From Haliotis cracherodii (taxonomy: Eukaryota), in NCBI RefSeq assembly GCF_022045235.1, contig NW_027266265.1, forward strand, positions 52,514,001 through 52,578,000: DNA of 64,000 nucleotides. The letters run 5' to 3'. The first letter of the stretch is position 1. Each line of letters begins with the position of its first letter. The notes beneath the pieces were generated by a model that did not search any database, had not been told where the DNA came from, and saw nothing but the letters and a program-made list of their open reading frames with translations. The position numbers and the translations under genes were made by a program. Positions 1-12,600 of the stretch are shown here, piece by piece.

Positions 1-873
1 GGTTGCTGAAGACCTATTCTACCCCGAATCTTAAGAAATTGGGAGATGGGAGTTATAAATTTCAGATAGAAAATGGTACAAAGCCGAGCAATAATTGAAT
101 ACACTAATAAACGTTTTCTTTCACTTCTGACAATGAAATGAATATAAATAAAAGCGACAAAAAGCATTGGAATATATCAAAAGCATATGTTTATGAATCA
201 CTAAACGTGATGATACCATCATTCGCGAAAAGGTGAGCGTATCTTGAGCTTACACATGCAAAGGCAAGTCAATTGTTCACGAGCAAAAGACATGGGAAGT
301 CAAAATAGGGAACCGCATCGGACATTATTTTTGTCACTGATGCGCGTTAAATTTAGCGCGACAACGTACTTCAATTTAATATCTCGTTTCTGAGTATAAA
401 CGTACGATAATGGCGCCAATGCCCAGTTCCATTTATATAGGTAACTCCTTTCCGAATCGAACTGCGCCCAACTGACTGTACGTGAAATAAGTAAACACAC
501 GCAGGACCACGCACTTGTGTGGTTACATGCCATCATCAGTAATCAATATTTATTGATGATTGCGTTTTGGAGTACTGAATTGTTTGGATTTGTCGTCACG
601 TCCAGAAATATGACTTCTATTTGCCGCATACAAATACCACTGGACGAGAAGGAACCATAGTATAGGTGTCGCAACTCAGTGACAAAACCATCCAAGACAG
701 ACATTGTGACACCCGATCACAATAATAGTCGTTTCTTTCCAAATACACCAGGTATTGGGACCTAGCTTATTCCCGCACTGCCACGTGGTCTTAAGAGAAC
801 GTTATTATTATTTTTTTGCATTTCAGTTATTGTACATTTATATGTTTAAATACATACTGCATGCGCATATTCA

Positions 874-1149
874 CACCCGTGAAGATCCATGGTAGAATAG
901 GTATTCAGCAACCCATGATTGCTGTAAAAGGTGACTATGCTTGTCGTAAGAGGCGACTAGCGGGATCGGGTGGTCAGGCTCGCTGACTTAGTTGATGCAT
1001 GTCATCGTATCCCATTTGCATAGATCGATCGATGCTCATGATGTCAATCACTGGATTGTCTGGTCCAGACTGGATTATTTACAGACCGCCGTCATAGAGC
1101 TGGAATATCATGAGTGCGGCGTTAACCAACCAACAAACAAACGGAAAAA
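874..1149 (+). mobile_element. Retroposon family C (non-tRNA structured head, ~270 bp)
   Basis: Starts CCCGTGAAGATCC, ends with the shared tail plus (CAAA/CCAA)n, TSD GCATATTCA. Confidence 0.88.
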
Positions 1150-1800
1150 GCATATTCAGATAGGCATTTATAAATCACCGTATTTTTTGCGCCCAGTTTG
1201 AATATCGTTATCAAGCGTCTGATTCTTTCAAAATATGTCCATAAATTATCGTCTGTCTGCAAGCCGATCAACTTGTCACAATAAATATGCCTACTCGCGT
1301 TACAGAGCGAAGTAGTTCAGGAACAGTCAGAGTCAGAGTTCCACCCCCCCCCCCCCCCCCCAAACGCCCCCCACCCACCCACCCACCCACCCACCCACCC
1401 CTGGATTTTTTTATAGAAAACATTTTTCCTCGTGAAAGTTAACTTGAACTTGATACTTGTACAAATATCTATCCATTCTATCCCTATCCATTCTTCAAAG
1501 ACGCGGAGTGTTTTATAACGAGGCTGTAGCTGTACACGGTGTTTGGACGGGTTATGTTGTCTCCTTGTTTGCACTTTGTTACTTTCTCATGTGTATTGAG
1601 TTAACACAGGGCGGGGCAGTCAGCACTGCCTCTCGTATTACAGGTAGTTATTTGTTTTATTTACCGAGGTTATACACTATGATTATACCTGATTAATGTA
1701 TAAAGTTACCATGCATGTATCATCATCATCATCATCAGTGCATACTTTAGCGTTTGGGATCTAATCTCGACTTAATTTAACTTACACTGAAAGTTCTAGA

Positions 1801-2053
1801 ACGGGTCCCGGACCCGTCGTATGCGCCGATTCGCTGTGCAGAGTTGCGTCCCTTGGGCACGCCAGAAACCTATGATTGTGGGTTCGAATCCCGGTCGCCC
1901 CGATTATGTTTCTAGGTTTGTCAGCACCATACCCGTACGCGTGGGTTTGTCCGAGGTGGTAACCGTCTGAGACCTGCATCACTGCGGGTTTTTCCTCCCA
2001 CATAAAGCCGACACGCCGCGATATAACTGGAATACTGTTCACAGCGGCGTTAC
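1801..2053 (+). mobile_element. SINE family B (tRNA-Leu/Ser-like head, ~275 bp)
   Basis: B-box GGGTTCGAATCCC, body GATTATGTTTCTAGGTTTGTCAGCACCATACCCG, shared tail. Confidence 0.85.
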
Positions 2054-5009
2054 ACCTGGCCTGCGTTCAATAGGCCGAAGTGATTTCTGAGCGCTTACTT
2101 AGCGTTCTCCGCGGACGTTCGGGTGCAATCGAACGATGTGTCAACTGCCGCTGGCAGAGGGCGCGGTTTTCAAAATGGCGTTGCAGACTGATTTTAGCAA
2201 CATTGAACATAAGCAGAGGCCCATTATTTTTAAGGAATGGCGAGTTACGAGGATATTCCCCTACTTAAAACTCATCCATACTTTTACATATTCTGTTTGG
2301 AAAATATTTGAAAAATAAACCAGAACTCTTTGTTGTCTGTATTTATACTGCGTGAGTCGCCCTTGCGTGATGCACGAGATGCGTTCTCTGCTGCTGTTGC
2401 ACGTGCGCGAAGCTCCGTCGCGAGCTGACTTTTACAATGCATGGTACACGGCTCTTCATAATTTCGTTGGGTCCTAAACTAGTATTTATCAATCGCTTGC
2501 ACATTGTTTATACATGCTGACGGGAATAATAGGCAATGTAGAGCCCCGAACAATGATATATATATATATTACCTGATTTGTTTATTTCTCATCAAAGGTT
2601 TATCTAGTTGCTATAAATATGAACACCGTTGTAGGTACCTGCTCTAACACAAATTATATACATATTATTTTGAGCTTTTAAGCTTAATGCATAATTATGA
2701 AAATATTTAATAGTTAATTTCACACCATACAATCATGCGCTTCCGTAGTTGAGGTTGACACGTTCTCAAATCAAACGATCCAGTTTCGAGCCTCGCTGGC
2801 GACACGTTTTCTGAAAAATAAATTATTTATTTGACAATATATGGTAATAATAGTTCCGTCAATTCCAAGTGACAATTAATTTAAATGTTGGTTCAAGACA
2901 ATGTATAGTTGACAAACAATTATCCTTTACGGAAAAATAATGGAGCGATTAAACAATAGAATGACGTCACAGATGTGTTTTAGTGTCAGTGACACCCGTT
3001 CAGTATTAATACTCGCTTGACGCAACCGGGGACAGTGCTCAGATGATCATGTCGTGTGAGGTTGTGTGAGAACTACTGCACAGAATGATATTTGGACTAA
3101 AATCACCTAAACAATTACGGGCGAAATGCCGTACCGAGGTAAGGATACTGTTTAAATGATACCGAATAAGATGAGCGTCTTTTACATCTGTGAATGCATG
3201 GAGAGGCTTCGTGTACCTTTTTTCATCGATGTGTACCTTTCTTCATCAACGTGTTCGCGAAGTGCAAGGTGCATTTGAACCTCGTTAGTCCGAGGTCATA
3301 ACTTAATTAGTCACAACTTAGCTATAACAAGTGTCAGGGTTAAAACAGTTGCTTGGACAAACTGCAGTGGATAGACGGGAAATGGGATAGACTAGAACCG
3401 GTCACGTGACTGTTTGTTTGTTTGTTGTTTAACGCCGCAATATTCCAGCGCGGATATTCACGGGTGTACGCACCCGAGGAGCGTCTGGGCCCTCTGTAAA
3501 TTTCAACAAAATCGATTATTTACAGGCCGCCCTGATATTGCTGGAATATAGTAGACTGACGTAAAAAACAACAAATCGCAATGTTTTAGATGTATATGAG
3601 GGAAGACAAACACCTATGAAAATATCTGAATTTGTTTTCTTTGAGTTTCGACAAATAAAGGTTTATATCGCATAATAATAATATACGTCAATTGTTTACA
3701 AAAGGAAATCATATGAGTGTTATTGGGACAAAACTGCAACTTCATACCAAATTTTATTATACATGTATCGTGTTCACAAACAGAGGCATGAAAAGGGTTT
3801 GTTGTACTGAAATTAACATGGGTTGCAAGGAAAAATACTTCGTGCTGCGAGGGGCTTCAAAATGCAGCTAAAACACACAAAAATTCTGGTTTTAACAAGT
3901 GATAAATGTTGCAACAAATGTATTCACTGTGGTGGTATTAAACTTCACCACTGAGTGCGTGTATGTTGTTCCACGTTGAAAATACGATGTCCACAGGGAC
4001 CGCATTTGTCCCAAGTCCGCCATCTTTGTCCCTCGACGTGCCTCCTCTTAAGTAAGCGCGGAGGCGCTGGAAAGCGCTCTCAGCGTGCGTTTCGTTCATT
4101 AGGAAATATTCGGAAGTGCTCGTTGGCGCATCGGCACCAAACGGCTCATGGAATTCAGTACAGACACTTTACACGTGCATCTGACATGTTTAGTGATTGG
4201 ACATGGTTAGTTTTTGAGAATGCTGAAATGTCCTACTGAACCTGATCTTAGTGTAAGCAAGACTGTATTACTTATTCATGGTTTTATGTGGACGATGCGT
4301 TCACGCAGAAGACCTATGCTCGTTGTCCGAAATAGTAATGTAAAACATTATCGTCACTGTGTTAAAGTTGTACATTGTTCAACCCAACTGGACTCTCCAC
4401 GCCACCCTCATAACGGGGAGTCAATTGCCCCAGTGATTGTCATGACACAATGGCGAATCAATGTAGATTACATAACATCTTGACCTAATCCGATTGCTCT
4501 TGCACCTGTGTGAGGATGAATTCACACAAGCGGCGTTTAACAACACGAACCTGCAAGTTATTGTGCCCAAAACAACAGAGTTGCCTTAAGCGAGGACCAG
4601 TCAACACGTATGTCTTTAAACCGGTTTTCAAAGGCACGTGGATTTGGTTCCCATGTTGTGCCTTTGTGTTAAGTTCCTTGTAGTAGAAACCTCACTGGTC
4701 CCCCTTTGATAAATAGCCGGTTTCGCTTATCCAGTACAATAACCGCAGGCTGAATCGACCTAAATGCCCTGATATTCAACTGATACATCTAATTTGGGTA
4801 TGAATACACCTTTAGTGTCAGTGACACCCGTTCAGTATAAATACCGGCTTCACGCAACCCAGGGACAGTGTTCAGATGATCATGTCGTGTAAGGTTGTGT
4901 GAGAACTACTGCACAGAATGAATTTTGGACTAAAATCACCTGACCAAAATGGGCGGAACGGCCGTGCCAAGGTAAGGATACTGTTCAATTGATACTTAAG
5001 ATGAGCGTG

Positions 5010-5219
5010 ACCCTGTCGTCTAAGGCGGCGCGATTCGCTGTGCTGAGTTGAGTCCCTTGATTGTGGGTTCGAATCCCGGTTCGTCCCAATTATGTTTCTA
5101 GGTTTGTCAGCATCATACCCGTGCTCGTGGGTTTCACCGAAGTGGTAACCATCCGAGACCTGCATCACTTCGGACTTTTCTCCCACATTAAGCTGACACA
5201 CCGTGATATAACTGGAATA
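5010..5219 (+). mobile_element. SINE family B (partial)
   Basis: Same head and body as other copies; tail truncated. Confidence 0.82.
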
Positions 5220-5772
5220 GCTTCATCAGCTTGTAAAGAAATATCCTTGTGAGTCATGTATGAATGGAAACAAGCTGCATCCTTTAATTGTTTTTATTTA
5301 CTGATTCACGAGATTGATGTATGTATACCTTCAGTTAAAATTAAGTACTGGCCTTTAAGTCAAGTCTCGTAGTCCTAAACGTTGCCTATGTTGAAGTGCA
5401 CTCATTTCCCAACGCTTCCCAGAAACTCAGAAGCTCCCGAAGCTCTAGACATCTCAGCTCATATTGTGACTGTGCAATGACAGGGAACGGAATCAGTGTC
5501 TTTAGACAAAAACAGGAACCTGTATTATTCCGTAAAGTGAGAAATATTCAGCAAGTTAAACATGTCACTTCAAGGCTCTTCGGTGTCAGTTCCGTTCCAG
5601 TAATTTATTTAAATTTTATTTTATTTTATTTTCCTTGTATTTTATGTAAAATAGTCTCTCGTAGTTCCGCATGGAATGGCTCAGTATTCTAATGTCTTTC
5701 ATTTTGTATATTTTTTGCTTGTATCATATATTGAGGTGAGGTTTCTGTACGTTCATTGATACATATTTCAGC

Positions 5773-6047
5773 GGGAGCACAGGTGGCCCAGTTGTCTAAG
5801 GCGCCGCGATTCGTTGTGCAGAGTTGCGTCCCTTGTGCACGCCAGAAACCTATGGTTGTGGGTTCGAATCCCGGTTCGCCCCGATTATGTTTCTAGGTTT
5901 GTCAGCACCGTACCCGTGCTCGTGGGTTTCAAGTGGTAAATGTCTGAGACCTGCATCACTTTCCTCCCTCATTAAGCTGACACGCCACGATATAACTGGA
6001 ATACTGTTAAAAGCGGCGTTAAACCCAACCCAACTCACTCACACTCA
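5773..6047 (+). mobile_element. SINE family B
   Basis: Near full length, ends AAACCCAA(CTCA)n. Confidence 0.88.
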
Positions 6048-6299
6048 GTGCATTGAAGTAGCGCATCCATCTCCTGGGGCAATGCTCGCCCGTCTGTCCT
6101 GTCTTTCAGTGAGAGAAGCGCTTCACTCGTTCACTCCACCTCTTAGATCACGACCAAGAGATCACATTCTCCACAAGAACCGTATCCCCATGCCTTCCAA
6201 AATTAATCGCCAAATTTGAACTCCGTTGAAAACAATCAACCTCTGTTATCACACCCTTACCAAACGTAACCGTACCTTCGGCAACATCCGCGAGTGATA

Positions 6300-6583
6300 A
6301 AAACATGAAATAAATGTTTTTTCAGTGAACTGTTTCCGCTAACCTGATACTGAGTGTCGCTCAGTAAGTGACTACCTGTAACGGTGTCCCGTGATAGATT
6401 CATCTAGGGGGCCGGGGGCTGCGTCTACGGTCGCCAGGTGAGGATCGGAGCCTCAGTTTCGCCGATTTAGTCAGCGCGGTGTTCAACGGCTGTACGCGCT
6501 GGTTTATAGACCAGCGATCAAAATGATATGTAGATATACAAAGTCCCATAGAATCGCGTTGACTTACCTTTGTTTCTTTACAG
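6300..6583 (+). promoter_or_regulatory. Probable 5'UTR exon/promoter-proximal region of the ITPR-like gene
   Basis: Unique, CpG-richer stretch. Candidate donors CA|GTAAGT (6364) and CAG|GTGAGG (6438) lie upstream of the acceptor at 6583. The transcription start cannot be determined. Confidence 0.35.
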
Positions 6584-6610
6584 CTTAATGGATACAGTAG
6601 AGCTGCGGGA

Positions 6611-6693
6611 ATGGGAGAGTACTTATGCATTGGCGATCATGTGAGCCTCTATTGCGAGGAGACAGAAGGATACGCTTACAGCTACCAGTCGAG
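6611..6693 (+). CDS. ITPR: ITPR-like coding exon 1 (MGEYLCIGDHVSLYCEETEGYAYSYQS-)
   Basis: Acceptor tttacag ends at 6583. ATG at 6611 in ggaATGg context. Donor AG|GTAAGA, phase 2. Matches the ITPR N-terminal L.IGD..SLY motif. Confidence 0.88.
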
Positions 6694-9600
6694 GTAAGAC
6701 AATTCATCTTACAAATTTCCGTGACACAGAACTGATGTAAAAACACATCATACATCACGATGCCGCATGCCACACAACAAAGGACACTGCTTTGGGGAAA
6801 TTGTTATAATAAAATGCATACAGGAAATTGTCAAGCTGTTTCTCTATTGACATAAGACGCATTCATAACCCTGGCTATTAATGTTTACGCCTATGATTTA
6901 GTCAAGCCATGCTTTCGCTATTGACCGTGTACGTATTGAGTTCAGCGTATGTAGCATGGTATTAAGAAGTGTGCTAATGCATTTACTTTGATTTTTATTC
7001 ATGTTTATTCTTCGTCGTGTATTTGCCCACCAGAAAATCGCCACATGTTGTGCATTTGCTCACCGTGGCAGAGAGAAATTAAATGAAACCCATCTGACAT
7101 GTTCTAGGCCAGAACAGATTGCCCACGACTATTTGTTTAAGAGCGGAGGCTGGAAAGCAGCCGTTTGGTATTTAGAACATTTGCCACCATGACAGTCAGT
7201 CGTATTTACATCGCTTTATTACCCTACCCCTAAAAGAACCCACGCAGTTTTCAATTCCCTGTGCAGAATGACCGCAATACCACGTAACCGTCGTGCCCAT
7301 CAATTTTGGACGCAAACACGTGTCTCTGTCCCTAATGGAACACTATTTCAATCTGTCTCTTCACTGTCGATATTTTCCGATATACAAAAATATTAGTTTG
7401 TCGATCAGGGTAACTGTGGGTGTAGTTAAACAATTCAAACTCGGGTATTATTTCTCTGGTTAAGAGCAGGCATGACGGCAATTAATCACAATTTGTTACG
7501 TCGTCTGCTGCAGGCGGATATGTACGACATTTGAACTCCACCCAGTAGGAATCTTGTGTTGTTAATGTCTGGGGGAGAGGTGGGGTAGTGCAAGTTGCTT
7601 GTGGGACAAGGGTTGGTAAGGAGGGTTATCGATGGAGCTTAGACGCGACGGGGTATGTGTTAATAAGACACCCATCTTATATAACTTCTGTGAATGTTTA
7701 GTATGGTTTCGGACAGGGTGTGGATATATGTAGTGGATGGCCCGGAAAGGGAGGTGGAACGTAGGGGAGGGGTAAATGGGATGGGGTGAGGGAGGGGGAC
7801 AGTGGGGTGAGGGGGGAAATGAAGGAGGGGGACTTCGGATGATAACCTAAGGATATCGGGGTTAAGGAGGATGTGTAGTGATGGGTACATTTGGATCTTA
7901 TTTTTGAAGAGGTGCACCCATCCGGTCAATCAGTTTAGTTTTATGTCGGTGTTAATAATACGGTGGCCAAGTCGTCTAAGGCGCTGCGATTCGCTGTGCA
8001 GGGTTGCGTCACTTCGGCATGCGTGACCTATGATTGTGGGTTCGAATCCCGTTTCGCCCCGATTATGTTTCTAGGTTTGTCAGCACCATACCCGTGCTCG
8101 TGGGTTTCACCGAAGTAGTAAATGTCTAAAACCTGCATCACTTGGGGCTTTCCTTCCACATTAAGCTGACACGTCGTGATATAACTTGAATAATGTTAAA
8201 AGCGGCGTTAAACCCAACTCACTACACCATCGTCGCCTGTCAGTTGGGATCGACAGGTTTGTGTTGTTGCAATGACCCCTGAATGGAGGGTGTATATACG
8301 TCGTGAAGGGATCATGGTCTGAACCGGCGAATACAGGTGCCTGTCGGGGTAAGATGTAAACATTTGTTGGTCTGAGTGCGACCGATAGCGGTGGTGTCTT
8401 AATGGCATGATGGCGGACAGGGATGGGACGGTGGGCGAACAACATGTAAATGTTAGAAAGGAGCGTGTTTATTTGCCGTCGAGTGTATTGGATGAGGTGG
8501 ACATCGAAGGAAAACTTTAAACGCGTGTAAAATCTTCCTGTTAGCTGTAATGTTATAATGATGGCTGGAACATCACTTCTCCGACCAAAACTCCTCAGGG
8601 GCACGAGCGACCCAGTTGCCAAAGGCATCGAAATTCGCTTCCCTTTGGTGCGGTAGAAACCTACTTTCTTGAGTCCGAATTCTGGTTCGCTTCTGAAATG
8701 TCAGTGATGTCAGCACCATTCCCGTGCACGTTGGTTTTACTAAACTGGTAAACATCTGAGACCTTTCACTTTGGGCTTTCGACCCGCGAAGATCCGGGAT
8801 AGAATAGGTCTTCAGCAACCCATGCTTGCCATAAACGGCGTCTATGCTTGTCGTAAGATCGGATGGTCAGGATCGCTGACTTGGCTGATGCATATCATAG
8901 TATCCAATTGCGTGGACCGATGCTCATGATATCAATCACTGGAGGGTCTGGTCCAGACTCGATTATTTACAGACCGCCGTCATATAGCTGGAATATTGCT
9001 GGGTGCGGTGTTAAATAACTACAAACCAACCAACCAACCCAGCGGCGTTAAACCAAACCCAACCCAACTCAATCAATCACTCAAACACTTTGAATCTCCC
9101 AGCCATGCTCTCCGTCCCAGCGTTTCTGAACTTTCCCCACACTTAGCGACACATCATAAGTATATATTCTCCATATAGGTTATAAACACACAAACACAAC
9201 AGTTGTATACTATTCGGTTATTCCCCGCGACTTGTACCAGGCGTGTCCAATCTGTCTCAGCTCCCTGGGGAAGCTACATCAGTGTCTGCATTCATCTGTT
9301 CTCAACAATGGTCGTATTAACCACATAGTGACTTTTGGTACGTACAACCCTCTTCTACCGAAACAAACACTGTCATGTTTTGATGACCGTTGTAACATTT
9401 GTTTAACTTGGACGCGTTTACCTCGTCATGCATAGTGACATATAGATCGATCGACTATGGTTACATATATAACAGTCTGTTTGTTTGTTTACGCCGCACT
9501 CGGCAATATTCCAGCTATATGAAGGCGGTCTGTAAATAATCGTGTCTGGACCAGACAATCCAGTGGTTGACATAGGGATGCTGATTACCTATTCTACCCG

Positions 9601-12600
9601 TAACAAGTTAACTGTTATGTTATGTGCCTAATATGGCATCATGACGAATGACATCCTTCTATCTCGCGGCGATGGTATAGCTCAGTGGGTAAAGTGTTTG
9701 CTGGTCACGCCAAGACCTCGGTTCGATTCCCCTTATGGGTACAATATGTGAAGCCCATATCTGGTACCCCCCCCCCACCCCACCCCACCCCACCCCACCA
9801 AACAACAAATATACAACACTCTTCCTACAGTAAGCTTACACTCCGTTATGTAACTGAAATGCCATTCTAACTATCGTAAAATCAACTACCACTCCAAAGA
9901 CATCCGCCCACCCGTAATGAACATTACATATGTGGCATTCTGGAAGTGGTTCTGGTGAACTTCTTGCGTCGAGAAAACGTTCATGTCTAAACCAAACATG
10001 CTTTCCAAACATATGGCAAATATTTAGCCCATGCCGATTTCGTTTGAGAATCATCCTTGCGTTGAGACTAGCTAATTATTTGCTATTTTAAAGTTGAAAT
10101 GTAACACTGAAAAAGTAAATGAATACGTTTATCGTAAGTTGAACGTCAACAAATACCTCGTCCGTGTTCATGCTGTTTGTGTAGATGAGCAAGAGATACT
10201 ATTTATTCGACTCTTTCTAGTTGTCTTTGTGCTGCTGGCGCTCAGATACGCCCACCAGCATTGCACCGTGTACGTTTTCTTGTGTGAAAGTTTATAAATT
10301 TGAAGTTGCTCTTCAACTGCAACAGCGTGGATATGCTAACTACAATTTAGAAATGTTTACACATACACACACCTGTCCCCGACGAATAGAGTGGGTGAAT
10401 GGGCGGATGGGTGGTGGGCGGTCAGATACCATAGACGCTTCACACGTTTCGTGACCCGTGAAGATCCGGTGTAGAACAGGTCTTCAGCAACCCATTCTTA
10501 CCGTAAAAGGCGACTATGCTTGTCGTAAAAGACGACTAACGGGTTCGGGTGGTCAGGCTCGCTGACTTGGTTGAAGCATGTCATTGATCCCAATTGCGTG
10601 GATCGATGCTCATGATCTCAATCACTGGATTGTCTGGTCCAGACTCGATTATTTACAGATTGCCGTCATATAGCTGGAATATTGCTGAGTGCGGCGTAAA
10701 ACGACAAACAAACAAACCAAATCACACGTTTTGTAAAAATGGTATCTAACGAGACTGGGTGTAATACCTCAAGTGTTCACCTGAACAAACTTGGGAATGG
10801 CATCAGGCATAATCTTTGTCACTGACGCCTCAAAAATTTGGAAATGTCCTCCACATGTCCACCATCAAACTTTTTTAAAGCCCAACTAAGGCTCGAATCC
10901 TAAGCGCAATCGGTGTCCATGGGTATGTCTACTTGCCTGAACGTCCTTTATTATTCTTGGATTAAGCTAGGCTACAAGAAACAAGCAGTTATACTTGATC
11001 TCTAGGCTTTCTTGCCGATCTGTGCGATGACACCGTGAAACACCGCCTCAGCCATCATTTGTTCAACACTCTTCGTGAAATTCATTTGTTTTACTGAACG
11101 GTTTTGGATGAGATTTATGAGAGAGCAGATAACGCAACAATGAAACGGTAACATTTGATTTCATCTTTCACATAAAACATGTTAAGTTAACATCCATTCA
11201 GAAGGATGCTATGGCCATGTTTGGAGGAGGTAAAGTTTGTAACGACAGTTATGTTCTCAGCGAGTGCAAGATTTATGTTTCGCAGCCATGCACATAATCA
11301 ATATCCCTTCCACTGGGGAGTATTAGGATGTAAAACGGACCATAACTTAATCAGAATGAAGTGGGAAAGCACTGATGCTGACAATTTTATAACTTCGAGG
11401 TGCCTTTGAACTCGCTGAAAGCATTTCGATATTCCTGCAAAAAGAGGTTTTAATAAACCATGGATGCGCAGCTTTTGGAAGAACCTTGACCTTTATCACA
11501 GGTCGTGGTTCTAGTCTCAACTGGTTATGTATACTACTCAAAAGAAGTTAAGGATCACCTGGTTCTTTCATATTACAATAGTTAATCTCTCATGCCATGA
11601 CAGATTAACATTACCAATATGAAAGAATCGGGTGATCCTTAAATTCTTTTGAGTAGTATAATATCAAAGGTGAATATTCTATAAGGATAATAGCAAAGAG
11701 AAACCGTCACACTTGAATCACGTTACCGTTAGTTATGACACCAGGTGTTCAAACGGGAAAATATTTCCCCGGTTTCCAGAGCACTTTCTCCAATGGTATT
11801 CCACAGTGGATTTAAGGAAAAGCAGATATGGCCAATACAAGACTGAACTCACGTATTGTCACCTCGAGTTTAGCAATAATTGACTTCCTTTCGAGGTGAA
11901 GACAAAATTTCGACTTCACAAGAGGCTGCATACTGCGTTTTATTCCAGACCTGACACGGACGTGACCTTTGCAGTAATTGGCTTTTAAATCTTAGGCATA
12001 TGCTTGCGGCCACTTTGGGAACTTACAAAATGAAACTTGTGCAGTGGAACGAAAAAGTTGTTAAATGTTAAAATGAGGCCTGGAACCTAAGCGATACGAA
12101 ATAAATGTTTGGCATAATAAACACACTTGTCAGCATTTGGGTCCTATAACCCTTAGCTTTTAATCTTTTATTTATTTTTTTGTTGTTTTTGAAACAGTAT
12201 ATTGGCTATAATTACACGTAATGAAATGAATTTCCGGTTGGAACCTGTAAACGTTAATGCACAAATGGTGAGTGAAACAAAACCGGTTTTGATACATTCC
12301 CTCTTTTCTCTAAACCTGTGAAGGCCAATTTCAGTTATATCAGGTAGTGCAGGTCTTACACGATTACCTCCGTGGTCTAGTGGATAGAGCGTCTGCCCGT
12401 AGAGCGGAAGGTCGTGGGTTCGATCCCTGGCCGCGTCATACCAAAAGACGTTAAAATATGGTATTTATTGCTACACTGCCTGGCGCTCGGCGTTAAGGAG
12501 CTAAAAGAGTACTGATCGTCCCTTGTACACATGTTAAGTGTAGGCATGTTATCTCAGTGGCCTAGCACCATAAAACCGGCGTTAGTCCGGACGAGTACAA

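Noticed and set aside
5824-6219. Recurring peptides such as 'GFESRFAPIMFLGL', 'GLSGPDSIIYRPPSYSWNIAE' and 'DKPRNIIG'
   Set aside because: Incidental translations of SINE families B and C.
7540-8570. Possible decayed LINE ORF2 fragment on the minus strand (…HLIQYTRRQINTLL…)
   Set aside because: Only a faint resemblance to RT C-terminal motifs, with many breaks; not supportable without a search.
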